A DNA stretch of 35,555 bases from a virus: IMG/VR virus record IMGVR_UViG_3300048583_000185, positions 1 to 35,555 of that record. The stretch is one strand, 5' to 3'. Made by a program: the position numbers and the translations under genes. The number at the start of each line of letters is the position of its first letter. The stretch's first letter is position 1. Below the pieces are notes generated by a model that worked only from the letters and a program-made list of their open reading frames with translations, searched no databases and was not told the origin of the DNA. Of the stretch, positions 10,592 through 20,264 are shown in pieces.

Positions 10592-11077
10592 TCACGTCCC
10601 GTCTCGCGTGGTGATGGTGCGAGTGCCGGCGCTCATCGTGCCAGCCAACCGCGTCTTGCTTCCGTCCAGGCTCTGAAAGGCCGGGTTGCCATCCAAACCC
10701 GTGGCGTTGCCAGCCGCCTGGGCAAGCAAGATGCGAAAGGCCTGTTTGAGCGTCAGCGTACCTTCGATCGGCGACTCCAGCACCGCACCGGCCACGTCGT
10801 CTTGGCTCAACTCGCTGACCGTCACCCTCAGACCGGCGCGCACTAACTTCACCGGGCGCAGCAGCGGCGCATCACCGCCGCCCTGAGCCTGCACAGCCGC
10901 GCTGCGCATGCGGTACGGGCGCAGCAGCGGCGCGTCGCCGGTGCCAACTTGGGAGAGGGCGGCGCGTATGCGCTGCACCGGCCTGGCCAACCCCACCGAG
11001 CCGACCCCAGGCGGCGCCACCATCGCGGCGCACGCCGGGCCGTACCACTGCAGGGCGAACAAGGGCGCCAGCGGCAT
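10592..11077 (-). CDS. Hypothetical virion-associated protein, 161 aa, with an internal GDAPLLRP repeat
   Basis: ATG at 11077, 1 nt after the upstream stop. C-terminus IEGTLTLKQAFRILLAQAAGNATG resembles a motif seen in phage tail-accessory proteins. Confidence 0.5.
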   Translation of the reverse strand: MPLAPLFALQWYGPACAAMVAPPGVGSVGLARPVQRIRAALSQVGTGDAPLLRPYRMRSAAVQAQGGGDAPLLRPVKLVRAGLRVTVSELSQDDVAGAVLESPIEGTLTLKQAFRILLAQAAGNATGLDGNPAFQSLDGSKTRLAGTMSAGTRTITTRDGT

Positions 11078-11078
11078 G

Positions 11079-11702
11079 TCAGACGTCCGCCTCGACGGCA
11101 AAGTCCAGAATCCACGACAGGGCGCCCACCGTGCCCGCGCCGATCTGCTTGACTGCTATAGCCTGATCAGGCCGCAACGCCAGCGGGCGGCCATAGGGGT
11201 GCAGCGCGGGCAGCAGGTTTGCGTGCTGCAGGAACATGCCAGTGTTGGTGGGCACGGCCGTGTTCTCCTCGCTTGACAGCACCAACGGCAGGATGATGGT
11301 GCTGTCGGTCAGCCCTGCAGTGGCGGTGTGCCCGGCCAACACGTTGGCAAGCGCAGGGTCGTCGCTGTTGAATGCGTATGGCGCGATTGCAGTCAGTGTC
11401 GGCGTACCGGTCACGCGGCGCAGGTTGAACTGGTTGATCACGCCGGTGACGGCGGTCACGCTGTCGTTGATGGCGTACAGCCCTAGCAAGTGCAAAGTCT
11501 GCGCGCTGCCGCTGTTGTTGCGCAGCACGATGTGGTACTTGTTCGCCGCGGGCACGATGGCCGGCGCCAGCACCCGGAAAGTGGGCAGCCCGTCGAAGTA
11601 CACGCCCTGCGAAAGCACCGTGTTGGCGCCGCGCGTGTAGCTGCGCATCTGGAGCTTGCCGCCGGTAGAGTCCGGCGGAACTTGAACGATCGCCTGAGCC
11701 AT
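11079..11702 (-). CDS. Hypothetical structural protein, 207 aa
   Basis: Clean ORF with protein-like composition, inside the tail-fibre/accessory block. Confidence 0.55.
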   Translation of the reverse strand: MAQAIVQVPPDSTGGKLQMRSYTRGANTVLSQGVYFDGLPTFRVLAPAIVPAANKYHIVLRNNSGSAQTLHLLGLYAINDSVTAVTGVINQFNLRRVTGTPTLTAIAPYAFNSDDPALANVLAGHTATAGLTDSTIILPLVLSSEENTAVPTNTGMFLQHANLLPALHPYGRPLALRPDQAIAVKQIGAGTVGALSWILDFAVEADV

Positions 11703-11703
11703 G

Positions 11704-12141
11704 TCAGTCCTCCCGGAAGAGCACGGTGCCGGCCGGGAAGCGCGGCGTGGCCAGCGCGCTTACGATGATCGACTGAGTCAGCGCACCGCTGTACAGTATC
11801 TGGCCGGTGGCCACGACGCTCACGCTGCCGTGCGTCCATGTCTCGGTACCGGCGAAGCCGGCTTCGATCTCGTCGAAGTCCACCGCCACTGCCGTTTTGG
11901 CTGCCGAGCCTGCCGCGTTCGGCGTGCCGTCGGCGTCGCAGATGGTCCAACCCGCGCCGTCACGAGACACCGTCTTGGGCGCGTAGTTCGTTGGCGTCGG
12001 CTCACTGGTGGTCGCGGTGCCAGCCTCGCCGGGGTCGGCGGTGTGGAAGTTCAACTGCAGCGATGCGCCGTAGGCGGGCATGGCAACTGCGTTGAACACA
12101 AATCTCACAAAATCGTTCTCTGTGGCGTTGCTTTTGCTCAT
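11704..12141 (-). CDS. Small tail-fibre-like protein, 145 aa
   Basis: FVFNAVAMPAYGASLQLNFHTADPGEAGTATTSE...ILYSGAL resembles a family of short phage fibre-like proteins (LHTADPGE motif). Confidence 0.5.
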   Translation of the reverse strand: MSKSNATENDFVRFVFNAVAMPAYGASLQLNFHTADPGEAGTATTSEPTPTNYAPKTVSRDGAGWTICDADGTPNAAGSAAKTAVAVDFDEIEAGFAGTETWTHGSVSVVATGQILYSGALTQSIIVSALATPRFPAGTVLFRED

Positions 12142-12150
12142 GTCATTCCT

Positions 12151-12471
12151 TCAGGGTTTGTATCCGTGGTTTTTTGCCCACTCGACGAAGAGCAGAACAA
12201 CTCCCGCCACCGCCGTAAACAGCAGCGCGGTGATGCTTTTCTCGACGATCGCCGTGTAGAGCTTGTCGCGCCGCTCTTCGCGGTGCGCCTGCACGCGCAT
12301 GGCCTTGGCGATCCAGCCGCGCTCTTCGGCCGACAGCGCATGACCGCGAAGCGCCTCCGTCACCGCCTCGGCGACGGCGCCCTGCACCATGCGGCTGATG
12401 CGCAGCTCGAGCTCGTTCATATCCACATCTGAGCTTGTCCTGATGATGTGCAGGCCATGATCTTGATTCAC
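12151..12471 (-). CDS. Hypothetical membrane-anchored protein, 106 aa (GTG start; the alternative ATG at 12420 gives 89 aa)
   Basis: C-terminal TM segment ITALLFTAVAGVVLLFVEW. GTGA overlap with the small upstream ORF. Confidence 0.5.
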   Translation of the reverse strand: MNQDHGLHIIRTSSDVDMNELELRISRMVQGAVAEAVTEALRGHALSAEERGWIAKAMRVQAHREERRDKLYTAIVEKSITALLFTAVAGVVLLFVEWAKNHGYKP

Positions 12472-12587
12472 AGCGACCCAATCTCAGCCAACGCTTCGGC
12501 CAGCGCAAGCGCCACCGCAGCAGGCGTCTGCGCGGCGGTCACCGCCGACTTGCCACCCATGCGATCGCTGTCGGATGGGTCGCTCAT
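12468..12587 (-). CDS. Possible small ORF, 39 aa
   Basis: MSDPSDSDRMGGKSAVTAAQTPAAVALALAEALAEIGSL. Stop overlaps the next start. Weak SD. Confidence 0.3.
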   Translation of the reverse strand: MSDPSDSDRMGGKSAVTAAQTPAAVALALAEALAEIGSL

Positions 12588-12607
12588 CCGCTCACCATTC
12601 CTAGGGG

Positions 12608-12636
12608 TTTCCATGTGCACGTTTTCCGCGCATACT
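12608..12636 (+). promoter_or_regulatory. Candidate promoter of the lipoprotein moron
   Basis: TTTCCA (12608-12613), 17 nt, CATACT (12631-12636). The ATG at 12645 is only 8 nt downstream and has no SD, which implies a leaderless or near-leaderless mRNA. Confidence 0.3.
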
Positions 12637-12644
12637 TTGCTGCC

Positions 12645-13178
12645 ATGAAACATGCACTGATCTTCTGCGCTATCTTGATGCTTGCCGGGTGCGGCGGCGG
12701 TGAATTTGAGGAAGAGCCGGAGCCGACTTCTGTCTCGATTCCGCTGGCCGCTTCGTCGGCAGAGCCGGACACTTGGGTTGCCAATGTTCGAGCCCTGACA
12801 GACAGACAGCTTGCGCGGACCTCGTGGCAAAACGCCACCGCTGAGGCCGTCGCGGTCGATGTCGTGCTGACCAGCAACCGCACGCTCACCGCCGACGCCT
12901 TGATGTCTGGCTCCGTGCAGCCGATTGCCTTTCTGAGTGTGCTCATGATCGAGCGCAACCAGTTGGCAGGCCCGCCGTTCAGCGGCTCATTCGACACGCC
13001 GCCCGTGTTCGCGGGCCAGTCCGTCGCCTGGTCAGAATCCGTCTCCTGGCGCGTCGTTGTGCCGCCAGGAGAATCAATCGAGGTGGTGTCGATCGCCAGA
13101 CTGCTGCCGATCGACTCGAACGGGCAGGCGACGCTCATCACGCGCAATCTGTCTCTGTCCGTGAACCCGGCGCCGTAG
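12645..13178 (+). CDS. Lipoprotein (moron), 177 aa, opposite strand to all surrounding structural genes
   Basis: Signal peptide with lipobox MKHALIFCAILMLAGCGGG. Visibly lower GC than its neighbours. Stop is 1 nt from the convergent stop of the host-specificity gene. Confidence 0.75.
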   Translation: MKHALIFCAILMLAGCGGGEFEEEPEPTSVSIPLAASSAEPDTWVANVRALTDRQLARTSWQNATAEAVAVDVVLTSNRTLTADALMSGSVQPIAFLSVLMIERNQLAGPPFSGSFDTPPVFAGQSVAWSESVSWRVVVPPGESIEVVSIARLLPIDSNGQATLITRNLSLSVNPAP

Positions 13179-13179
13179 C

Positions 13180-16131
13180 TCATCGCTTCACCGCCGTAAC
13201 TCGCAAAGTCAGGCCAGTGGTGTGCAGCTCGATGTTGCCGGTCGAGCCCACAATCGGGATCACTCGCGTATAGCTGGCGAAGCTGTACTGCTTGCCGACT
13301 GGCACCACTATGGTGATAGTGGTTGCCTCTTGGTAGTACACCACTTGGCTCGCCGCGAGGGCCTGCACCTGAGACTGCAGCCAGTCCTGCGTGCTTGCAA
13401 CCACCCCGCCGTCCGTGACGTTGGTGATAAAGACGCGGCTCTGAACAATCGTCGTTCCCAACAGGCCGGCTGGCGCGGTCACTCGACGGCCGGCGGTCAC
13501 CATCACCTCGACGTCGACGTCGGCAGATGTGTTGTTGGTGTATGAAATCGTCGCAAAGGTCCGATCTTGAACGCCGAACGAAAAAGGATATGAATAGGTG
13601 TCCGTGTTGACAGACATGCTCTGAATCTCTGTCGCAGAATTCGCAGCAAGCCCGCGCGTGCCGATTGGCAGCGCCACCCAGGATGCGCCATCCCACCGAT
13701 AGAGCCGGTTCCCGTCGTCGCTGTCCATCCACAGATCGCCCACGCCGTCAGCTGTAGGCGCGGTCGTCGCCACGAACGTGACAACCTTGCCATCGGCGGT
13801 GGCCTGCGCATCGGCAATCGTGCCGTCCCGAACGCTGATCCAAGCGCCAGCAGTGCGCAGGTATTCGTGGTTCCCAGCGTCCGTGTCGAACCAGGTGTCG
13901 CCGTCGAGTGACTCAGGGCCGGTTGGCTCGCTGGCCTGCCGAAACACCTTCGGCGCCCGCGTCGCGTTGACCTCATACACGACCTGCGGGGACCACGGCC
14001 CACGCACCCGCAGCGCGTTGATCGCACGCACCCGGAACACGTAGCGGCGGGCCAGCAGGCCAGGAATGATCGCCTGGGTGCTGTCGCCCTGCTCCGGCCA
14101 GCTAGGCCACTCACCGACGGGCAAAGCGGAGGCGGCCGGCACATATTGAATCTCTATGCTTCCGCCGCGCCGGATCGACTGCGAGACGGCAGCATTCCAA
14201 GTTACGCGCGTGCGCACGATCACGCTGCCGTCCGTCAGGGTTGCCGTCCCGCTGGTGATCGTCAGGCCGGTTATCGCCTCGACATCCCACGGCGCCGGCA
14301 GTGACGAGTTAGGCGCAGGATCAACGCCGCGCAGCTCGGCGACTGGCGTAAAGATGTCGGCCGTGATCTCGGCCAGCGATAGCTGCGGCCCCTGCGTTGG
14401 ACTCCAGCGGCAGCCGATCACCTCGAACGTCTTGCCGGCCATACCGTAGCGTGGCAGCGTCACTGTGCCGACGTCATACAGTTCGCAGCGGTAAGCGTCC
14501 AGGCTGCACGATGCTTCCATCCTCAGCGCCGCCTGACTCTCCCGGATGGCGATGGTCCCCAGGTGCTGCGCGTGCGCGACGTGGTTGACAGCCTGCAGCT
14601 CCACCTCAAGCGGATAGCTGCCTTCGTTGGCGATCAAGGTCGCATCCTGCACAGCCGGGAATGGGAGCGCTTGATACCGCTGCGAGTCATCGACGCAAGT
14701 CCCGGTGACGCGGTTGACCTTGCTGTCGCGCTGCACGCCGTTGGTGATCCGAACGACGCTGCTGCCGTCAGGGTTGCCGTCTTGGTCCAGCCGCTGCGCG
14801 ATCCAGGACGGGTCCATTGCCCAGACAGGCGTGGCCATCGTGCCAGCCCGCATGCGCAGCGTGCCACCGGCCCAGCCGACGCGGCCAGCCATCGCCTCGA
14901 CAATCTCCGACATCATCGCCTGCGGGTCGGCGTCGGTCGGAATCACGATGCCGCTGCGGTAGCGTGGCAGTGTCGGCGTTGTTGTGCTGCCGTCAGCATT
15001 TCGCAGCGTGAAGACCGTCGAGACATCGCAGGCATTGGCCGCCGCGATCACGTCGGCCGCGCGTATCTCGTCGAATGGCACATCCCACCCGTTGACGTGG
15101 CGCGCGTAGTGGTATGCGTGCAGCGCAGGGTTCTCTGAGAATGTCCAGGTGCTAGGCGTAGCGATCCGCTGGCTGCCGCTGCCGCCTGGCACCGTGCTGT
15201 CGGCGCGCGGGTCATAGACGCGAGCACCGCGCAGAACTGCGGAGATGTTGGGGATGCTCTGCGGGTATATGTCCGGGTCATACCAGAGATCGACCACCGC
15301 AAGCGCGATGCCTGCGAAGCGGTCGGCGCTGGTGATGAGGCCAGGGTACTCGGCGGCCAGGTCAGCCCCGACGTTTTGCGCTGCCGTCCCGATGTAGGGT
15401 CGAATGCGCGCGAAGAATTGACTCTGCGCCGTCTGCCACTGGATGTAGGCCGTGCCGCCAGCACCGCCGCCGCTCAGCGTCACCGACGTGCCGGAAACGC
15501 TGACAGCCAAGCCAGCTTCTACGTAGTCAATGCCGACGCCTGAACCGACCTGCGATGAAGCCGTGACCGCCGTGCCTGCAGCCGGCGTGCTTCCGATCGT
15601 GAAGGTGCCGCCGCCGCTGCCATCCAGCGTGACACTCAGCGATTGACTGACCAGGCTGGAGCGAGAGTAGGGCGCGTTTGTGACGTAGCCGCTGCCGTCC
15701 AACGACAGCGCTTCGTCAGCGAAGTAGAACGTCTCGAAGCCGTCAATCTCGTAGCCTGCGAAACTGACGATCAGCGTCAGCCGGTCGTCATTGAGTCCGC
15801 TGGACCACCGCCGCCGGATACCCTCGACCGTGCGCACGCGACCCATGACGATCGTGCGCGCCGCTTCCGGCACCACGTCGATCATCTGGATGCGGTCCTT
15901 CAGGCTCGCGTTGTATGCGTCGCGGGCCTTGCGCTTGGCCGAGCGCTGCCGGTTGATGTTGTAGCCGGTGATCGCGCTGAATAGCACGATGCTCGCGCCA
16001 TAGCTGACGATGAAAGCCGCCGCCGCGTTGCCGATGAACGGCGCCAGGAACAGCAGCGAACTGATCGGATCGGCATGCGCCGGCAAGGCCATCAGCAGGC
16101 CGCACAGCAGCACCAGAACGCGCGGGCTCAT
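13180..16131 (-). CDS. Host-specificity / central tail fibre protein (lambda J / GTA g15-like), 983 aa
   Basis: N-terminal hydrophobic region followed by RIQMIDVV...TIVMGRVRTVEG. NISAVLRGARVYDPR is J-like. Size and position after the NlpC/P60-like protein fit. ATGA overlap at 16128-16131. Confidence 0.8.
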   Translation of the reverse strand: MSPRVLVLLCGLLMALPAHADPISSLLFLAPFIGNAAAAFIVSYGASIVLFSAITGYNINRQRSAKRKARDAYNASLKDRIQMIDVVPEAARTIVMGRVRTVEGIRRRWSSGLNDDRLTLIVSFAGYEIDGFETFYFADEALSLDGSGYVTNAPYSRSSLVSQSLSVTLDGSGGGTFTIGSTPAAGTAVTASSQVGSGVGIDYVEAGLAVSVSGTSVTLSGGGAGGTAYIQWQTAQSQFFARIRPYIGTAAQNVGADLAAEYPGLITSADRFAGIALAVVDLWYDPDIYPQSIPNISAVLRGARVYDPRADSTVPGGSGSQRIATPSTWTFSENPALHAYHYARHVNGWDVPFDEIRAADVIAAANACDVSTVFTLRNADGSTTTPTLPRYRSGIVIPTDADPQAMMSEIVEAMAGRVGWAGGTLRMRAGTMATPVWAMDPSWIAQRLDQDGNPDGSSVVRITNGVQRDSKVNRVTGTCVDDSQRYQALPFPAVQDATLIANEGSYPLEVELQAVNHVAHAQHLGTIAIRESQAALRMEASCSLDAYRCELYDVGTVTLPRYGMAGKTFEVIGCRWSPTQGPQLSLAEITADIFTPVAELRGVDPAPNSSLPAPWDVEAITGLTITSGTATLTDGSVIVRTRVTWNAAVSQSIRRGGSIEIQYVPAASALPVGEWPSWPEQGDSTQAIIPGLLARRYVFRVRAINALRVRGPWSPQVVYEVNATRAPKVFRQASEPTGPESLDGDTWFDTDAGNHEYLRTAGAWISVRDGTIADAQATADGKVVTFVATTAPTADGVGDLWMDSDDGNRLYRWDGASWVALPIGTRGLAANSATEIQSMSVNTDTYSYPFSFGVQDRTFATISYTNNTSADVDVEVMVTAGRRVTAPAGLLGTTIVQSRVFITNVTDGGVVASTQDWLQSQVQALAASQVVYYQEATTITIVVPVGKQYSFASYTRVIPIVGSTGNIELHTTGLTLRVTAVKR

Positions 16132-16529
16132 GCCAGCACCTCCGACAGCGGCCAGGCTGCCTGCGCGTGATCCAGGCGACACAGCACAACCGCGCCGGCT
16201 GCCGACAGCACCGCGCCGGCCTGGACGTGGAGCCGAATCCCCAGCGCGCCACAGCCAGACTCACCTGGGAAGAGCAGGATGTCGCCCGGCGCGCTGCGCA
16301 TCGGGTCGATGTGCTGACAGCGCAGAAGCTCGCTTGTCAGAGCAAGCATGCCGCCGGAGTCATCGACATAGCGGCACCACTCGCGCATGCCTGACACGCG
16401 CGGCATGGCATCAAGCGCCGGCCGGCCCGTGGCGCGCTCGATCCAGCCGGCCACGAATGCGCCGCAGTGGTGCGTCTGCCAGTCGAACCGGCGCGGCCAG
16501 GCGGCGAGGTATTCGGTCAGGGCAGTCAT
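16128..16529 (-). CDS. Tail-tip NlpC/P60-like peptidase (lambda K / GTA g14-like), 133 aa
   Basis: WQTHHCGAFVAGWIERATG and GDILLF fit the Cys-peptidase pattern of this tail protein family. Synteny supports the call. Confidence 0.6.
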   Translation of the reverse strand: MTALTEYLAAWPRRFDWQTHHCGAFVAGWIERATGRPALDAMPRVSGMREWCRYVDDSGGMLALTSELLRCQHIDPMRSAPGDILLFPGESGCGALGIRLHVQAGAVLSAAGAVVLCRLDHAQAAWPLSEVLA

Positions 16530-17095
16530 TGCTTGAAGTACGCCGCAGCGGGCCACACAATGCCGCCGGCATCGCTGGCCGGGTCGAAGTCCAGCGATGA
16601 GTCGCCGGAGTACAGCCGGCGCTGCTCGTCGTCGGTGTACCGGCTCGGCTTTGGCCGCAGCGCGCGGATGCCGCGATGCTCGGCCGTCACGCTGACGATT
16701 GCGGCCGGGCCGTCTTCCAGGCCGGGCACGTTGAGCGTTCCTGTCCAGGCCAGCACGGCGTCAGCGACCACGCCGGTCTGAGGATCAATCAGCGCGTCAT
16801 AGATGCGCAGCCGCACGCCTTCGACCGGCTCGGTCAGCACCAGGCTGATCTGGTCCTCGGTGACAGCCGGCAAGGTCAAGGCGATCGGCGGGAATTCGCC
16901 GGCAGAGTCGGCCACCGGCTCGACAGCCACCGAGTCGCCGAACCAGTCATTGCCGCCCCACTGGATAGTGCCGCCGCCCGTATGGAATCGCAGCGGCGAT
17001 GCCGTCAGGATTTCGACGAGCTGCACCCACGGCACGCGCTCGCCGGCCTTGATGCGGGCGAGCAGCGCAGTGGCGGCAACGTTCAGGGTGCGCAT
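16526..17095 (-). CDS. Tail-tip / hub protein (lambda L / GTA g13-like), 189 aa
   Basis: Position between the distal tail protein and the peptidase. Start/stop overlaps on both sides. No strong motif recognised. Confidence 0.5.
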   Translation of the reverse strand: MRTLNVAATALLARIKAGERVPWVQLVEILTASPLRFHTGGGTIQWGGNDWFGDSVAVEPVADSAGEFPPIALTLPAVTEDQISLVLTEPVEGVRLRIYDALIDPQTGVVADAVLAWTGTLNVPGLEDGPAAIVSVTAEHRGIRALRPKPSRYTDDEQRRLYSGDSSLDFDPASDAGGIVWPAAAYFKQ

Positions 17096-18255
17096 CAGTA
17101 CACCTCGACAAACTGGAGATTGATCGCCGACTGATAACGGCCCGGCAGGTATTCGATGGCGCCCACGGAGTCGCCGACGAGCTGGAAGTTGCCGGTTGGC
17201 TTGGTGTAGAGCACGGCTGCATCCAATGCCAGCGCTGTGCGCAGCGGCATCGCAAGCGGCACGGTCATGATCTCGCTCTCGCTTTCTTGTCCGCCTTGAT
17301 AGCCGACGACAAGAAGCTGCGAGCCGACGCCGATCACGTCGCCAGGCGCCAGAAAGGCTTGCGGCTCATATGGCCGCAAGGCTGCGCCTAGCGTCACCTG
17401 CGCGCCGAAGCAAGTCGCGCCGCCGGTGCAGGTCACATTGCCGCCCGCCAGACCATGAAAGTCGAAAGCAGGCGCGATGGCAATGTAAAACGACGTCGCG
17501 CTGTCGTTGGCAATCGTGATCGAAAAACGCCAGTACCTGCGATCTTCTGATTCTGTGACTGCCGTGGCTCCGGCTCCAAATACGCCGAGCACCGCACCGG
17601 TATCCGTGTTGAACGTAGATTGCTGAATGTTTGCGCCGGCCTGCGCAAACAGTGCGACCGTGTTCGATGTTCCGCCCGAAGTTTTCAAGACGAAGACGCT
17701 GACACTGTAGACGTCAGTATTGGCTGCGATGGTTTCAGTGAAGACGCCCCAGTAACCGATAGCGCTGGTGTTGAAGTCGGCGACGTTTTCTGCCGTGATA
17801 GCGCTGGTGTTTGCGCCGGCCGCGACGTTCGGGTCTGCCGTACTGACGCCGAAAGTGCCGGCCCACGGAGCGCGGTTGATCCGCTCGCCGTTGCGAATGA
17901 TTGATGAACCCGGGAGCGCGTTCTTGATCGTGATGCTGCGCGCACCAGTAACGGCCGCCGCCGCGATCAACGGACTGCCGCGCATCGTGCCGGCCGGGAT
18001 TGGCCGCTGCATGTGCCACAGCCGCACCCAGTCGCCAGCGCTGGCAAGCTGCAGCAGATACGCCTCGCGCGCCGCTGCCTCCGCATAGGTGCAAGGCGGC
18101 AGCGTCATGTCGATGCGCAGCCGGTCGCCGAAGTGGCTGACGCTCTGTTGCTGGCCGGTGAAGAACGACGCCCAGGCGCTTCGCGGCGTGCTGGCCGAGA
18201 AAGCAAAGCGCGACGGACTCCAGGCGCGACCGACAGGCCAATCAAGAATGGCCAT
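17095..18255 (-). CDS. Distal tail protein (lambda M / GTA g12 position) with an inserted central domain, 386 aa
   Basis: Directly follows the tape measure gene (TGATG overlap). The middle ~150 aa is Thr/Ala/Asn/Gly-rich and beta-like, and its DNA has lower GC. Confidence 0.55.
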   Translation of the reverse strand: MAILDWPVGRAWSPSRFAFSASTPRSAWASFFTGQQQSVSHFGDRLRIDMTLPPCTYAEAAAREAYLLQLASAGDWVRLWHMQRPIPAGTMRGSPLIAAAAVTGARSITIKNALPGSSIIRNGERINRAPWAGTFGVSTADPNVAAGANTSAITAENVADFNTSAIGYWGVFTETIAANTDVYSVSVFVLKTSGGTSNTVALFAQAGANIQQSTFNTDTGAVLGVFGAGATAVTESEDRRYWRFSITIANDSATSFYIAIAPAFDFHGLAGGNVTCTGGATCFGAQVTLGAALRPYEPQAFLAPGDVIGVGSQLLVVGYQGGQESESEIMTVPLAMPLRTALALDAAVLYTKPTGNFQLVGDSVGAIEYLPGRYQSAINLQFVEVY

Positions 18256-20264
18256 CAGTACGCCCCCGCATACGCGCCACCCGTGCGCATGCTGCGCTGG
18301 ATCTTGGCTTCGAAGCGCGCCATCGCGCCCTCAACAAGTCGAACAGTGCCAGGGCTTACGTCGCCGTTGATGTGGTTGATGATCGTCACGCTCGACCCGC
18401 CTGAGCCAGCGACGATTGGCGTGATGGTGGCCGGGCCGCTGATCAACTCAGGGCCACGCTCGCCAGCGATGCCGACCTTTCCAGCGCCGAGCCGGCCGCC
18501 GTCAGCAAAGAAACCACCGAACAGCGACGACACCGCGCCGCCGATGAAGCCGGAGCCTGTACCGGTCCCGCCGAACAGGTTGCCGAACAGGGCGTTGTTT
18601 AGTTGAGCCGCCGCAGCCTGGGCGGCCATGCGGACCAGAAGGTCGGTCCAGATCTGCCCGATGCTTTCAAAGTTGCCGCGCAGCACCTCCTCCAGGCTGC
18701 TGCCGAGCGCGTCCTGTATGTTGCGGCCAGCTTGGTCCGCAAAGGTGCTGATCTTCTCGATCTGCTCGACCGTGCCGGTTCCCAGCCGAGCCGTGACCAC
18801 GCGAAACGCTTCGGCGCGCTGTGCCGCGTTGTCTGCTGTGTCTGGCAGCCGCTCGTTGATCAAGTCGATCTGCTTGAGCACTGCCGCAAACTGCCCGCTC
18901 GGCGTCTGAGACAGAATCGCGTTGAACTCGTCCGCCGCCCTTGCTGCCGCTTTGGCAGCGGGGTCGAGCTTTGCAAGCTGCTCGACGGTGTTTTGCAGCG
19001 CCTCATCGACCCCCGCCGTGTCGCTTGAGCCGCCGCGGATGGCGACCAGTCGCTGCAACTGATCGCGCAGAGCGCTGATGCGGGCAATGTCGGTCCCCTC
19101 CAGCGCTTTGATGGCGTCTAGCGATGCATCATCAAGCATCGGACCAACAAACGGAGCTGCGCCGCGCGAAGCGCCTGCGAGACGACCATTGCCGCCCGCA
19201 TTTGGCGTCACAGTACCAATGACAGGTCGGCCACCCGTTCGGCCTTCGTTGCTGTAACTCGCCTGCGGCAGCACGCGCCCGATCGACATCAGCCGCTTTT
19301 CCAACTGGTCGAATTCCGCCCGCGCCGCCTTGGCGTCTTCGCGCATGAACTCGCCGATAGTGCGGGCGCCTGAGAAGTCGCCCGACAGGAACGCCGCCGC
19401 CTGCGCTGCGATGCCGCCGATCTCGGTGCCGATGCCCTTGAAAACGAACGCGACGTTTGCGCCTAGCACCGACACCGCTTGCAAAGGGACGACGAGCAGG
19501 TCACTGATGGACGTCGAGCCGCCCACACCTCTGCCGGCAACTGCATCGAAGAACTGATTCAGCGCGGGAACAAGCTGCCCAACCGTTGAACGCGCCACGT
19601 CGACCACGTTCTTCTGCAGATTGAACAACTGAATGTTGAACGCCTCGGCCGCCTTTGCTTGCTCGGTCGTCACCGTCGCGTTCAACTCGCCAGACTCGGC
19701 CAAGTCTTTCAACAGCGGCGCCACCTGCGCCACGCTCTTGCCGAATAGCTCCTGAATCACCCGGGCCTTGTTGCCGTCGTCGGCGAACTGCGCCAGCGCC
19801 ACCGCCGTGCGGCGCAGCGCTTCGGCCGGGTCCAGGCGCTTCAGTTCCTCAGCGTTCAGGCCGATCAGCTTGAGCGTCTCGGCGGCTTCGCTGCCGGGCT
19901 TGGCGTCGCTCAGCACCTTGTTCAGCCGCAGTACAGACGTCTGCACGGTGTCGAAGCTGGTGCCAGTGCGCGCGGCCACGTCTTCCAGCGCGCTGGCCAG
20001 CTCGATGCTGGTGCCGGTGGCGTCGGCGAAGTCGTTCAGCGCGTCAAGCCCGGCGATGGTGCTGCGCACGAAGGCGGTCAGGCCGCCCACGGCAAACGCG
20101 CCGCCCAGCGTGGCACCCAGTGCACTGCCCACCCGCGCGATGCCGCTGAATGCGCCCTCGATGCGCTTGGCTTGGCGCTCTGCCAGCAGCCCGGCTTTGT
20201 CGAGCCCAGCCTGCAGGCCGGCCAGGCGCGCCTCCAGGTCAATCGACAGTTTTGCGATCGCCAT
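18255..20264 (-). CDS. Tape measure protein, 669 aa
   Basis: Long Ala/Leu/Gly-rich protein downstream of the G/GT chaperone pair. C-terminal Gly-rich segment. Confidence 0.85.
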   Translation of the reverse strand: MAIAKLSIDLEARLAGLQAGLDKAGLLAERQAKRIEGAFSGIARVGSALGATLGGAFAVGGLTAFVRSTIAGLDALNDFADATGTSIELASALEDVAARTGTSFDTVQTSVLRLNKVLSDAKPGSEAAETLKLIGLNAEELKRLDPAEALRRTAVALAQFADDGNKARVIQELFGKSVAQVAPLLKDLAESGELNATVTTEQAKAAEAFNIQLFNLQKNVVDVARSTVGQLVPALNQFFDAVAGRGVGGSTSISDLLVVPLQAVSVLGANVAFVFKGIGTEIGGIAAQAAAFLSGDFSGARTIGEFMREDAKAARAEFDQLEKRLMSIGRVLPQASYSNEGRTGGRPVIGTVTPNAGGNGRLAGASRGAAPFVGPMLDDASLDAIKALEGTDIARISALRDQLQRLVAIRGGSSDTAGVDEALQNTVEQLAKLDPAAKAAARAADEFNAILSQTPSGQFAAVLKQIDLINERLPDTADNAAQRAEAFRVVTARLGTGTVEQIEKISTFADQAGRNIQDALGSSLEEVLRGNFESIGQIWTDLLVRMAAQAAAAQLNNALFGNLFGGTGTGSGFIGGAVSSLFGGFFADGGRLGAGKVGIAGERGPELISGPATITPIVAGSGGSSVTIINHINGDVSPGTVRLVEGAMARFEAKIQRSMRTGGAYAGAY

